Source of the DNA: an uncultured delta proteobacterium
Lineage (GTDB): Bacteria; Myxococcota_A; UBA9160; UBA6930
Reading direction: 5' to 3'
NCBI GenBank assembly: GCA_963716275.1
Contig: CAVQTC010000005.1
Coordinates: 40,959-104,958 of the forward strand
Length of the DNA stretch: 64,000 nucleotides
Part shown: positions 48,919 to 58,454 of the stretch, piece by piece
Numbering within the stretch: position 1 is the stretch's first letter
How the letters are laid out: each line of letters begins with the position of its first letter
Made by a program: the position numbers and the translations under genes
The notes under the pieces: generated by a model
Database searches by the model: none
Told to the model about the DNA's origin: nothing
What the model saw: only the letters and a program-made list of their open reading frames with translations

Positions 48919-50088
48919 GTGGCGGGCGAGCTCGGACCGCTGCGCACCCGCGCGCGCATCGGCGCGCACGTGGTGTGGGATGGGCTCACGCGCCCGCTGG
49001 CGCGCGCGGTGGCCGACGTGCCCTGGTGCGCGGAGGCGATCTCCCCGGAGTGGCTCACTGGGATCCTCTGCCGCGACCGACCCGATGCCCACGTCGTCTC
49101 GGTCGCCGTGCGGGGAGGTCATCAGGGCTCGAGCGTGCGGCGCCGGATCGAGGTGGCCTACGACGCGGCGGGGGTGCGCGCGGGCCTCCCGACGCACCTG
49201 TTTGCGAAGACCACCCCCGACCTGCTGACGCGCCTCTCCTCGGGCCAGGCCGCCGCCGGCGAGGCGCGCTTCTTCCGCGAGCTGCGCGGAGAGCTCGCGC
49301 TCGAGGCGCCCGTCCATCTCCACTCGGCCTGGGACCGCGAGTCCGGGCGCTCGATCCATCTCTTCGAGGATCTCACGGCCACGCGCGGCGCGCGCTTCTG
49401 CGACTACACGACGAAGATCTCCCGGGAGCAGGCCGAGCAGATCGTGGACGCGCTGGCCGCGCTCCACGGCCGCTTCCACGCGAGCCCGCGCTTCGAGGGG
49501 GAGCTGCGCTGGGTGACGACCTACGAGGCCTTCTTCCGCGTCGGCGAGAAGAACGGCATCCGCGCCGGCCACGAGCGAGCGATGGTCGAGGCGCGGCACG
49601 TGATTCCCGCGGCGCTGGCGAAGCGGGCCGACGAGATCTGGCCCGCCGCGGTCGCGGGGCTCGCGCTCCACACGGCGGGGCCGCGCACGCTCCTCCACTC
49701 CGACGTCCACCTTGGGAACTGGTACGTCACCGAGGCGGGTCGCATGGGGCTCTGCGACTGGGCGCTCGTGTGCAAGGGGCACTGGGCGCGCGATTTCGCT
49801 TACGCGCTCGCGACGACGCTCGCGATCGCCGACCGCCGGGCGTGGGAGCGCGAGCTCCTCGAGCGCTACCTCGCCCGCATGCGCGCGGCGTGTGGCCTGG
49901 CGACCGGCCTCGACACCGCGCAGACCCAGGTGCGCCAGCAGCTCGCGGCGGCGCTCCTCATGTGGACCCCGACGCTGTGCCATCCGCCCACGATGCCGGA
50001 CATGCAGCCCGAAGCGATGTCGCGCGAGATGATCGCCCGGATCGCGGCGGCCATGGACGACTCGGACGCGCTCGACAGCGTGAAGTGA
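48919..50088 (+). CDS. APH/choline-kinase-like phosphotransferase (paralog of 34270..35478)
   Basis: Intact 389-aa ORF with LLHSDVHLGNWY and LCDWA. It shares the C-terminus LLMWTPTLCHPPTMPDMQPE with its paralog. Confidence 0.75.
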   Translation: MAGELGPLRTRARIGAHVVWDGLTRPLARAVADVPWCAEAISPEWLTGILCRDRPDAHVVSVAVRGGHQGSSVRRRIEVAYDAAGVRAGLPTHLFAKTTPDLLTRLSSGQAAAGEARFFRELRGELALEAPVHLHSAWDRESGRSIHLFEDLTATRGARFCDYTTKISREQAEQIVDALAALHGRFHASPRFEGELRWVTTYEAFFRVGEKNGIRAGHERAMVEARHVIPAALAKRADEIWPAAVAGLALHTAGPRTLLHSDVHLGNWYVTEAGRMGLCDWALVCKGHWARDFAYALATTLAIADRRAWERELLERYLARMRAACGLATGLDTAQTQVRQQLAAALLMWTPTLCHPPTMPDMQPEAMSREMIARIAAAMDDSDALDSVK

Positions 50089-50100
50089 GGAGGCACGCCA

Positions 50101-50316
50101 TTGGAACGCGAGGTGGCTCTGGCCGACTGGGGGAAGGCGCTGCTCGAGGAAGTCCTGGTGCGCGCGGCCGAGCGCCTGGCCGCTTCGGGAGCGGGGGCGG
50201 ATCGCGTCGACGTCTCGCTAGAGTTCCAGCTGACCCCGAGTGCGGACGGCCTCGAGATCCGCACGCCGGGAGCCCTGGAGCCGCCTCTGCTGACGCGCCT
50301 CGCACGGCCGTTCTGA
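50101..50316 (+). CDS. Small hypothetical protein (71 aa, TTG start)
   Basis: GAGGAGG lies 7 nt upstream of TTG 50101. The ORF has high GC3 and a non-repetitive acidic sequence. Confidence 0.4.
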   Translation: MEREVALADWGKALLEEVLVRAAERLAASGAGADRVDVSLEFQLTPSADGLEIRTPGALEPPLLTRLARPF

Positions 50317-50336
50317 ATACCCACCGGAGAACTCAG

Positions 50337-51515
50337 ATGGATCTCTTCGACCAGCACCGCGTCATCGACGTCGACACGCATCTCACCGAGCCGGCGGACC
50401 TGTGGAGCTCCCGCCTGCCGCGCAAGTGGCATGAGCGCGCGCCGCACATCGAGCGCATCGACGGCAAGGACATCTGGGTGATCGACGGAAAGCCCGGCCT
50501 CCCGCCCGGCGTCGTCTCGATCGCGGGCTACGACGGCTATCCGCCCGACGAGTACCCGCCGACCTACGCGGAGATCCTGCCGAGCATGTACGACGCCAAG
50601 GCGCGGCTGCGCCAGATGGACGGCGAAGGCATCTACGCGCACGTGCTCTATCCGAACGTCGGCGGCTTCGGCTCGCAGGTCTTCCTGCGCATCGACGACG
50701 CCGAGCTCAAGCTGGCCTGCGTGCGGGCCTACAACGACTTCACCGCCGAGTGGGCGAGCGCCGATCGGCGGCGCCTCTTGCCGGTTCTGGCTCTGCCGTA
50801 TTGGGATCTCGAGGCGTCGGAGCGGGAGATCCGCCGCTGTGCAGATCTCGGTCATCGCTCGATCCTGTTCCCGAGCCAGCCCCAGGACTTCGACCAGCCC
50901 GAGCTCTCCGCTCGGCACTGGGACCCGATCTGGGCGACGGCCCAGGAGATCGGGCTGCCGATCAGCTTCCACATCGGGGGCCAGGCTCCCCTCGGTCTCA
51001 AGGAGGCCGAGTTCCCCAAGGCGGGGACACCGATGGGCCAGAAGGCGAAGTTTGCGCAGGTCTCTGCGCTGACCTTCATCGGCAACGCGATCGGCATCAG
51101 CGAGATCCTCTGCGGGGGCGTGTGCCATCGCTTCCCACGGCTGAACTTCGTCTCCGTCGAGAGCGGCGCCGGCTGGGTCCCGACCCTGCTCGAGAGCCTC
51201 GACTGGCAATGGCACAACGCCGGCGTCGCGCGCGAGCACCCCGAGTACAAGCTGCTGCCGAGCGAGTTCTTCCGACGCCAGGTCTACGCGTGTTTCTGGT
51301 TCGAGCGCACAATGATCGGTCGGGCCATCGAGCTGTACCCGGACAACCTCATGTACGAGACGGATTTCCCGCACCCGACGTCGATGTCGCCGGGGCCCGC
51401 CACGATTGCGAAGCATCCGCGCGAGTACGCGAGCGAGGTGCTCGGGAAGCTGCCGACCGCGGTGATCGGCAAGCTGCTGCACGACAACGCGGCGCGCGTG
51501 TATCACGTGGTCTGA
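50337..51515 (+). CDS. Amidohydrolase_2-family metal-dependent hydrolase
   Basis: 392 aa from ATG 50337, forming the tail of ORF 48192..51515. It contains IDVDTHLTEP and ETDFPHPTS. Confidence 0.8.
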   Translation: MDLFDQHRVIDVDTHLTEPADLWSSRLPRKWHERAPHIERIDGKDIWVIDGKPGLPPGVVSIAGYDGYPPDEYPPTYAEILPSMYDAKARLRQMDGEGIYAHVLYPNVGGFGSQVFLRIDDAELKLACVRAYNDFTAEWASADRRRLLPVLALPYWDLEASEREIRRCADLGHRSILFPSQPQDFDQPELSARHWDPIWATAQEIGLPISFHIGGQAPLGLKEAEFPKAGTPMGQKAKFAQVSALTFIGNAIGISEILCGGVCHRFPRLNFVSVESGAGWVPTLLESLDWQWHNAGVAREHPEYKLLPSEFFRRQVYACFWFERTMIGRAIELYPDNLMYETDFPHPTSMSPGPATIAKHPREYASEVLGKLPTAVIGKLLHDNAARVYHVV

Positions 51516-52354
51516 GGGGCGCCTCGCGGCCGCACGCGCGGGAACTCGGGATGCCGGAACGGCTCGCCGGGCGCGAGCCGGCCCGGGAGGAGCTGGAACA
51601 CGCTCGTGGCGCGCGCCTCCGGGATCGAGACGCTGGTGAGCGCGGTGCGCGGCACGTAGCGCGCGTCGGCCCCGAAGAAGCGCAGCGACACGGTGCGGCG
51701 CCGCTGACCGGCGCGCGTCGCGGCGCCGCCGTGGAGGAGGCCGGGGTGGAACGCGACCACGTCGCCGGGCTCGACGGCGAAGCCGACGATGTCCCATTTC
51801 TCCCGCTCGGCCTCGATGTTCGGCAGGCGCGGCAGCGAGCCGTCCCCGTAGAGCGGGGCCGTGTCGTCCTGCGGGTCGAAGCGCGAGCCGTCGTAGAGCG
51901 GCCCCCGATGCGATCCCCGCACGAACTCGAGGGCGTTCGCGCGCGGGACCGCGTCGAAGGAGATCCACAGCACGGCGAGCTGCGCGCCGTCCACCGGCAG
52001 ATAGGAGGAGTCCTGATGCCAAGGCGTGCGCCGCGTGTCGCCGCCTTCCTTCAGGAAGACCTGCTCGTACATGAACCACACGTCGGCCGCGCTCCAAAGA
52101 AGCGCCGCGAGATCGGCGGCCGGGGAGTCGTGCACGAGGTCGCGGTAGGCGGGCTGCGCCTCCCGGTTGGCGAGATCCTGATAGAAGAGGCCGCCTCCTT
52201 CGTACCGCGAAGCGCTGGGGCTCGGGTGCGCGAGGCTCCACGCATAGGCGCGCTCGGCCAGCGCGAGGGCGCGCGCGTCGAGCGCGCCGCGCAGGCAGAC
52301 GACGCCGTCGGCCGCGAAGGCGGCCTGGAGATCGCGCTCGGTCGCGTCACGCAA
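51503..52354 (-). CDS. Phytanoyl-CoA dioxygenase (PhyH) family Fe(II)/2-oxoglutarate oxygenase
   Basis: Intact 283-aa ORF with PWHQDSSY (HxD) and the distal His in FHPGLLHGG. It overlaps the convergent gene by 13 nt. Confidence 0.75.
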   Translation of the reverse strand: MRDATERDLQAAFAADGVVCLRGALDARALALAERAYAWSLAHPSPSASRYEGGGLFYQDLANREAQPAYRDLVHDSPAADLAALLWSAADVWFMYEQVFLKEGGDTRRTPWHQDSSYLPVDGAQLAVLWISFDAVPRANALEFVRGSHRGPLYDGSRFDPQDDTAPLYGDGSLPRLPNIEAEREKWDIVGFAVEPGDVVAFHPGLLHGGAATRAGQRRRTVSLRFFGADARYVPRTALTSVSIPEARATSVFQLLPGRLAPGEPFRHPEFPRVRPRGAPQTT

Positions 52355-53498
52355 GCTGGTAGATCCGCCGCACGTTGTCGCCGAGCAGCTTGGCGCGCGT
52401 CGTGGGGCTGAGGGTCGAGACGTAGCGCTCGAGGTCCGGCACCCAGGTGTGCGGGTGGTCCGGGTGCGGGTAGTCGGTGGCCCACATGAAGCAGTCCGCG
52501 CCGACGTGGTCGATCGTGTAGGGCGCCGCGGTCTCGTCGGGATCGCCCGAGATGAAGCACTGGCGGCGGAAGTAGTCGCTGGCGGTCGGGCGCGAGGCGG
52601 CGCCGCGGCGATTCATCGCCCGGAAAAGCGCCTCGAAGCGGTCGAGGAAGGCGCCCATCCAGCCGCTGCCCACCTCGAGCACGCCCACGCGCAGCTCCGG
52701 GAAGCGGTCCAGCGTGCCGAGCGTGAAGAAGGAGAAGAAGGCCTCCTGGGAGAGCGCGCGCAAGCGGATCAGGTCGCCGATGCCGCGCGTCTGGCCCGGC
52801 CAATCGAAGTTGCCGGGCGCCATCTCGAGCGGTGTGAAGGTGGGATGGATCGCGAGCGGCACGCCGAGCCGGCTGCACGCCGCGAAGATCGGGTCGTGCT
52901 CGGGGCTCCCGTGCACGATGCGCCGGTGGTTGAACGGATTCACCCAGGCGCCGCGGCAGCCGTCGCGCGACCGCGCGCTCGAGCTCCTGCGCGGAGCCCT
53001 CGGGATCGAGCAGCGTGAGCTGCGCGATCGGCACCAGGCGCCCCTTCGTGTCGCGGCAGAAGTCGGCGATCCAGCGGTTGTACGCGCGCGCGTAGGCGAG
53101 CGAGAGCTCCGGGTCGGTGACCTCGCACTCCCAGAGCAGGCCGATCGTGGGGTAGAGGAGCGCCTTCTCGAGGTTCTCCTGGTCGAGGAGATCGACGCGC
53201 TGCTTCGGGTCCGAGGCGCCGTACGGGAAGCTCTCGGCATAGCGGCGGTCCGGGCGGGGCATCATGTCCTCCTCGCCCATCGCTCCGAGCAGACCGAGCG
53301 AGCCCTTGACCGTCCGCTTCGAGGGCTTGCCGTCGATCTCGAGGTACTCGTAGCCCTGCGCGTCGGTCTGGATGCGCATGCGCCCGCTCGCGGAAGCGCG
53401 CCTCGAGGTAGTTGCTCCCACAGGTCCGGCGGCTCGAGCACGTGGCCGTCCGCGTCGATGGTGCCGGGGTAGGGGAAGCGCCGAATCTCGTAGGCCAT
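52347..53498 (-). pseudogene. Amidohydrolase_2-family hydrolase (paralog); frame leaves and returns
   Basis: MAYEIRRFPYPGTIDADGHVLEPPDLWE is in ORF 53262..53498. The middle part is in ORF 52051..54273. The C-terminal part (WATDYPHPDH) is in ORF 52347..53240. The shifts lie near 53410 and 52975, and the total span is 3n. Confidence 0.75.
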
Positions 53499-53540
53499 CC
53501 GAGTTCTCCCGCGCGAGAGGATGCCGCGCCGGCGTGCGCC

Positions 53541-54569
53541 TCAGCCAGTACCGCGGCGGTTGCCCTTGCGCGCGCGCGGCGAGCGCGCAGCCGTGATCGC
53601 GGCCGGCAGCGCTCGCGATGCCGAGAGCTTCGCGATGCGGAAGTCGTTCTTGAAGCTCTGGAGCCCGCCCCACGCTTCCACGCGCTGCACGCCTCCGATC
53701 AGCGCGACGTTCTCGAAGACCAGGCGCGAGAGCTCGTCGCGATCCGCCGCGACCACGAGCGCAATCACGTCGAAGCGGCCCAGCGTGATGCCCACGAAGC
53801 CCGCCTCGGGCGCCTTTGCGATCGCCTCGGCGACGCGCCGGATCCACCCGCGCCGCGCCTTGATCGCCACCCAGACGGAGTTCAGGCCGGGTCCCACCGA
53901 GATGTCCGTCACGGCCTGGAGGCGACAGATGCCCTCCGCCTCCATGCGCCGCAGCCGCGCGCGGATCGTCCCCTCGGAGCGGTCGAGGCGGCGGCCCACC
54001 TCGCGCAGGCTGGTGCGGCCGTTCTCCTGGAGCTCGGCCACGATCGCACGATCGAGCTGGTCGAGGCCGCTCCCGCTGACCGGCTTGACCGCGATCGGCC
54101 CGAGCACCTCCATGCTCGCCCAGTCGACGCGGTGCAGGACCTGCTCGAGCACCAGGAAGGACTCGATGTCTTCGACGCCTCGGATCGACCCGATTCGGCG
54201 CTCGAGCTGCTCGAACAGATCCGCCTCGTCGCGCGCGTAGAGCGTCGCGACCAGCTCGAAGCCCCCGAGGCACGAGGCGAGGCCGGTGACGGTGGGCAGC
54301 GTGGCGATCTCCGCCGCGACCTCGGCGGGCGGCCGGCCCGAGACCTGGATGCCGGCGATCACGAAGAGTCCGTAGCCCGCGGCCTGCATGTCGAGCACGG
54401 CCATCACCCGGAGGAGCTTGGCGTCCTCCAGCCGCCGGATGCGGGCGGCGATGGTCTGCTCAGTCACGTCGAGCGCCTCGGCGATCGAGCGATTCGTCGC
54501 GCGCGCATCCTGCTTGAGCCGATCGATGATGGCGCGATCGAGCTCGTCGACTCCCTTGGCGTCGGTCAT
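53541..54569 (-). CDS. Tandem-duplicated (double) Lrp/AsnC-family transcriptional regulator (paralog 3)
   Basis: Intact 342-aa ORF. The HTH regions are NRSIAEALDVTEQTIAARIRRLE and SLREVGRRLDRSEGTIRARLRRME. It shares many identical residues with 25338..26354 when the two are aligned by eye. Confidence 0.82.
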   Translation of the reverse strand: MTDAKGVDELDRAIIDRLKQDARATNRSIAEALDVTEQTIAARIRRLEDAKLLRVMAVLDMQAAGYGLFVIAGIQVSGRPPAEVAAEIATLPTVTGLASCLGGFELVATLYARDEADLFEQLERRIGSIRGVEDIESFLVLEQVLHRVDWASMEVLGPIAVKPVSGSGLDQLDRAIVAELQENGRTSLREVGRRLDRSEGTIRARLRRMEAEGICRLQAVTDISVGPGLNSVWVAIKARRGWIRRVAEAIAKAPEAGFVGITLGRFDVIALVVAADRDELSRLVFENVALIGGVQRVEAWGGLQSFKNDFRIAKLSASRALPAAITAARSPRARKGNRRGTG

Positions 54570-54603
54570 GGCGCGCGCGATCCTCGTTTCGGGCGGGAGG
54601 TTC

Positions 54604-56097
54604 TCACGCGGCGAGCATCTCCGCCCGCGTGGGCCGCACGCTCCGCTCCTCGAGCGCCCGGCGCTGGCGCGGCCGCGTCAGTGCGAAGCGTGCGAGCCCC
54701 AGCCAGGCGCGCGGGTCGCGCGTCCACGCGGACATCCCGGCGAGGCCGTGGTAGCCGGTCCAGATCGCGCGGAACACCGCGGGATCGGCGAGCTGGGCCT
54801 CGTCGAGCAGATTCGAGAACGCCTCGCGCGCGCGGTCGGCGACGCTCGCCGCGCGCCGTCCGGCGGCCACTTCGAAGCGGCGGCGCGTCGCGCGGTCGAT
54901 GGCGAGTGTCGTCTCCCAGTCCCGGCGGAGCTCGGAGCGGAGCGCGCGCTCGTAGCGGAGCGCGCGTTCGAGGGGGTCCGGCGTGGCGGCGAGCACCGCC
55001 GCGAGCTGGTCGGCCGAGACGAACGCCCACGTGCAGCCACGCCCATAACGCGGATTGGTGCGAACCGCCGTGTCGCCCGCGAAGAAGAACCCCAACACCC
55101 CAGGCCGGCCGCCGGCGAGCGTGCTCCGCCAGTACGCGTCCATCGCACCGAAACCGAAGATGTCGCTGATCGGCCGCGCCTGCTCGGGGGACACCCAACG
55201 CGCGAGCACCGGGAGACGCATGCAGAGCGCCTGGAACTTCACGGGGTCCTTCACGACGCGCGCGAGCTCCGGATCGTCGCGGTAGACCTGGAACGTGACG
55301 GTGAAGGTGCCCGAGTCCGCCGGGAGCGCTCCGATCACGAAGTCGGCGAAGATCTGGCCCGGCAGGCCGTGAGAGCTCGGCAGCTGGCGCCCGGGCAGAA
55401 GCTCGTAGTGGCGCGTGAAGTAGACGATGCCGGCGTCGTGCTGCTCGACCCCGAGCGGAACTCCGAGCGCCGCTAGGTCGCCCGCGAGGCTTCCCGCGCG
55501 GCCCGAGGCGTCGACCACGATCTCGGCGTCGACCTGCACGTCGCGACCATCTGCGCGTCGCACGCGCACGCCCTCGACGCGAGCGGGCGCCTCGGCGTTC
55601 GCAGCGCGGCCCACGAGCTCGGTCACCTCGCAGCTGCTCTCGATGCGGGCGAGGCGCCGCTCTTCCACGTAGTCGCGCAGCACCCTCTCGAAGGTGGTGC
55701 GCCGCGCAGCGATCGACGTGAGCGCCGCGTCGCCGGGACTCTCCTGGTAGCGGCGGCGCGCGAGCGGGTGCAGGGATTCGACGAAGCGCCCCTCGCCGGC
55801 GCCTGCCGCAGCCAGGCGAGCGAGCAGATCCGGATGGCGCGCCCGCAGAGACTCGCGTAGGCGCCCCATGAAGAAGTGGGGATGGACCGCCTGAGGCACG
55901 CCACGCCTTCGCTCCGAGATCGCGCGCACCGACTCGGAGCCGCCGCGCGGCGCTGCGTCGCGCTCGTAGAGCGTGACGTCGAACCCGCGCTCGGAGAACG
56001 CGAGCGCGCACGAGAGGCCCGCCATGCCCGCGCCGACGACCGCGACGCGCTCGCTCACGGGGCGATCAGCGCTCGCCTCAGCGCTTGCTCTCGCCAT
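54604..56097 (-). CDS. FAD-dependent oxidoreductase/monooxygenase
   Basis: Intact 497-aa ORF with VAVVGAGMAGLSCALAFSERG (GxGxxG). The exact start is uncertain. Confidence 0.7.
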   Translation of the reverse strand: MARASAEASADRPVSERVAVVGAGMAGLSCALAFSERGFDVTLYERDAAPRGGSESVRAISERRRGVPQAVHPHFFMGRLRESLRARHPDLLARLAAAGAGEGRFVESLHPLARRRYQESPGDAALTSIAARRTTFERVLRDYVEERRLARIESSCEVTELVGRAANAEAPARVEGVRVRRADGRDVQVDAEIVVDASGRAGSLAGDLAALGVPLGVEQHDAGIVYFTRHYELLPGRQLPSSHGLPGQIFADFVIGALPADSGTFTVTFQVYRDDPELARVVKDPVKFQALCMRLPVLARWVSPEQARPISDIFGFGAMDAYWRSTLAGGRPGVLGFFFAGDTAVRTNPRYGRGCTWAFVSADQLAAVLAATPDPLERALRYERALRSELRRDWETTLAIDRATRRRFEVAAGRRAASVADRAREAFSNLLDEAQLADPAVFRAIWTGYHGLAGMSAWTRDPRAWLGLARFALTRPRQRRALEERSVRPTRAEMLAA

Positions 56098-56470
56098 GGA
56101 TCTGGTTCGATCTCCCGGTCGGATCGGCCGCGTAGCTGTGGTCCTGCACCACCTGGCCGCGCTCGTCGAAGGTGAGGAACACGCAGGCCGGGAAGGTCGC
56201 GCCCGGGAAGATGCCCTCGCACTCGAGCGCCACGGTGTCGCCGCTCGCGACCGCCTTCAGCACGCGCAGCCGGCGCGTTGGGGCGATCTCCACCATGCGC
56301 AGCTCGAACTTGCGCAGCTCCTCGCGCCCGCGCAGGGTCACGCCGCGCAGCATGTCCACGACCTCGCAGTCGGGGGCATAGACCTCGTCCACCATCTTCT
56401 CGACGGCGTGGTTGTAGGTCTCCTCCCAGCGCGCGACGGCCTGGAGATTGCGGCGTTCCTGATCGGTCAT
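56078..56470 (-). CDS. SnoaL-like/NTF2-fold protein (polyketide-cyclase-like)
   Basis: Intact 130-aa ORF that overlaps the downstream start by 20 nt. Confidence 0.6.
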   Translation of the reverse strand: MTDQERRNLQAVARWEETYNHAVEKMVDEVYAPDCEVVDMLRGVTLRGREELRKFELRMVEIAPTRRLRVLKAVASGDTVALECEGIFPGATFPACVFLTFDERGQVVQDHSYAADPTGRSNQIHGESKR

Positions 56471-56557
56471 GTCGGCCTCCCCGTATGCGCGGATTCTACC
56501 ACTGCGACGGTCACCCGTTCAAGATTGCGATTGAATTCTCAAAGGAGTCTACGCAAA
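56471..56557. promoter_or_regulatory. Divergent control region (SnoaL-FAD-Lrp operon and hydrolase-SDR-ACAD operon)
   Basis: It contains GTATGCGCGG (56483-56492), GATTGCGATTG (56523-56533) and an AAGGAG Shine-Dalgarno sequence. Confidence 0.4.
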
Positions 56558-57595
56558 CTGTGGGACGTCTCCGAGGTGCCGGTGGCGCTCCGCAACCGCT
56601 TCGTCCGGGCGAATGGCCTTCGCACGCACCTCCTCGAAGGGGGCAGCGGCCCGCCGTTGATCCTGCTCCACGGCTGGCCCGAGACCAGCCACGAGTGGCG
56701 AGGCGTGGGCGCGCGGCTCGCAGAGCACTTTCGCGTGATCGCGCCGGACACGCGCGGCCACGGGCGCAGCGAGGCGCCTCCCGCCGGCTACACGCGCGCC
56801 GAGCTCGCGCGCGACGTCGTCGGCCTGATGGATGCGCTCGGGCTCGAGCGCGCGGCGGTCGCCGCGCACGACTGGGGCGGCATCATCGCCGTGAAGCTCG
56901 CGCTCGACCATCCCGACCGGGTCGCGAAGCTCGCGCTGCTCGACACGATCTGCACGGGCTGGCCGATCTTCGTGACCTACTTCTACTGGATGATGGTGCC
57001 CGGCCGGGCCGAGCGCTTCTTTGGCGAGCGCTCGCGCGACTTCATCGCCTCGATCATCGGAGGCCGGAGCGAGCGGCCCCTTCCGCCGCCGCCGGAGTGC
57101 CCGATCGAGTTCGCGTCCCCCGGCCTCACGGCGCCGCGGCCGTGGGCGAAGCCCGCCGACCTCGAGGAGTACGCAGCGCCCTACGAGCGCCCCGGCGAGC
57201 TCGCGGCGACGCTCGCCTACTACCGCTCGATGCAGTTTCACCGCGTGATCGCGGACCCGAGTGCGCCCCACGGCGAGCGCTACGAGCCCGTCTCCCACGC
57301 AGAGATGGCGCGGGCCTGGGAGGCCGGCAGGGCCGGGGGCGAGTACCTCGACTACGGCGTCGAGGATCGCCACAAGCAGTACCCGGGCCCGACGCTCTGG
57401 CTGTACGGGAACTATCTGGTCGCGGCGGCGGCTGCGCGGCTCGATGCGCGCGGCTTCCCGAGCGGCGACCCGGCGTTCGACTCGTTCCCGCGCCACTTCC
57501 CGAATCTGCGCGCGCGCGGTGTCGAAGGCGGCCACTTCTTCCCGGAAGAGGATCCGGGCGGGACGGCGGCGGCGCTCTTGGAGTTCCTGGGTTAG
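56558..57595 (+). CDS. Alpha/beta hydrolase, epoxide-hydrolase/dehalogenase-like
   Basis: Contains HGWPETSHEW and the nucleophile elbow AHDWGG, inside ORF 55973..57595. The start is uncertain: CTG 56558 lies about 10 nt after AAGGAG, and the alternative is GTG 56576. Confidence 0.72.
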   Translation: MWDVSEVPVALRNRFVRANGLRTHLLEGGSGPPLILLHGWPETSHEWRGVGARLAEHFRVIAPDTRGHGRSEAPPAGYTRAELARDVVGLMDALGLERAAVAAHDWGGIIAVKLALDHPDRVAKLALLDTICTGWPIFVTYFYWMMVPGRAERFFGERSRDFIASIIGGRSERPLPPPPECPIEFASPGLTAPRPWAKPADLEEYAAPYERPGELAATLAYYRSMQFHRVIADPSAPHGERYEPVSHAEMARAWEAGRAGGEYLDYGVEDRHKQYPGPTLWLYGNYLVAAAAARLDARGFPSGDPAFDSFPRHFPNLRARGVEGGHFFPEEDPGGTAAALLEFLG

Positions 57596-57639
57596 TGCGC
57601 GCGGCGTGATCTACGCTCCGTGCGCTCGGAGGAGAAGCG

Positions 57640-58446
57640 ATGGGACGGCTGGACGGCAAAGTGGCAGTGATCACGGGGGGCGCCTCCGGGATGGGCGAGG
57701 CGTCGGCGCGGCTCTTCGTCGCGGAGGGCGCGCGCGTCGCGATCGGCGACCTGCAAGGCGAGCGCGCCGAGTCGCTCGCGAAGTCGCTCGGCGAGCGCTG
57801 CATCGCGCTCGGCGTCGACGTGAGCTCGAGTGCCGACGTGAAGCGCCTGGTGGACGCCGCGGTCGCGCGCTTCGGCCGGCTCGACGTGATGTTCAACAAC
57901 GCCGGCATCGGGGGCAGCGAGGGCTTGATCCACGAGACGCCCGAGGCGCTCTTCGATCGCATCCTCGCCGTCGATCTCAAGGCGGTCTGGCTCGGCATCA
58001 AGCACGCGGTGCCGCACCTGATCGCGGCCGGCGGGGGCTCGATCATCAGCACGGCCTCGGTCTCGGCGCACCTCGGCATGAAGTATCAAGGCGCGTACGG
58101 GGCCGCGAAAGGCGGCGTGGTGCAGCTCACGCGCGTCGCGGCCGTCGAGTACGCCGAGCAGGGCATCCGCGCCAACGCGATCTGCCCGGGCGGCGTGCTG
58201 ACGCCGCTGATCTGGGCGAACCCGGGGCTCCCCGAGCCCCTCGATCCCGGCGTCGTGGCGGAGCAGCTCGCGCGCGTGCAGCCGATCCGGCGCGCGGGCA
58301 TGCCCCTCGACATCGCCCACGCTGCACTCTGGCTCGCGAGCGACGAGTCCTCCTTCGTGACCGGTACGACGATCGTGGTCGACGGGGGCTGGACCGCGTC
58401 GGCGCGCCCGCCCGAGGAGCTCGCCGAGCTCGCGCGGCGGCGCTGA
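57640..58446 (+). CDS. SDR-family oxidoreductase
   Basis: Intact 268-aa ORF with ITGGASGMG, NNAG and YGAAKGG. Confidence 0.85.
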   Translation: MGRLDGKVAVITGGASGMGEASARLFVAEGARVAIGDLQGERAESLAKSLGERCIALGVDVSSSADVKRLVDAAVARFGRLDVMFNNAGIGGSEGLIHETPEALFDRILAVDLKAVWLGIKHAVPHLIAAGGGSIISTASVSAHLGMKYQGAYGAAKGGVVQLTRVAAVEYAEQGIRANAICPGGVLTPLIWANPGLPEPLDPGVVAEQLARVQPIRRAGMPLDIAHAALWLASDESSFVTGTTIVVDGGWTASARPPEELAELARRR

Positions 58447-58454
58447 GCCGCGCG

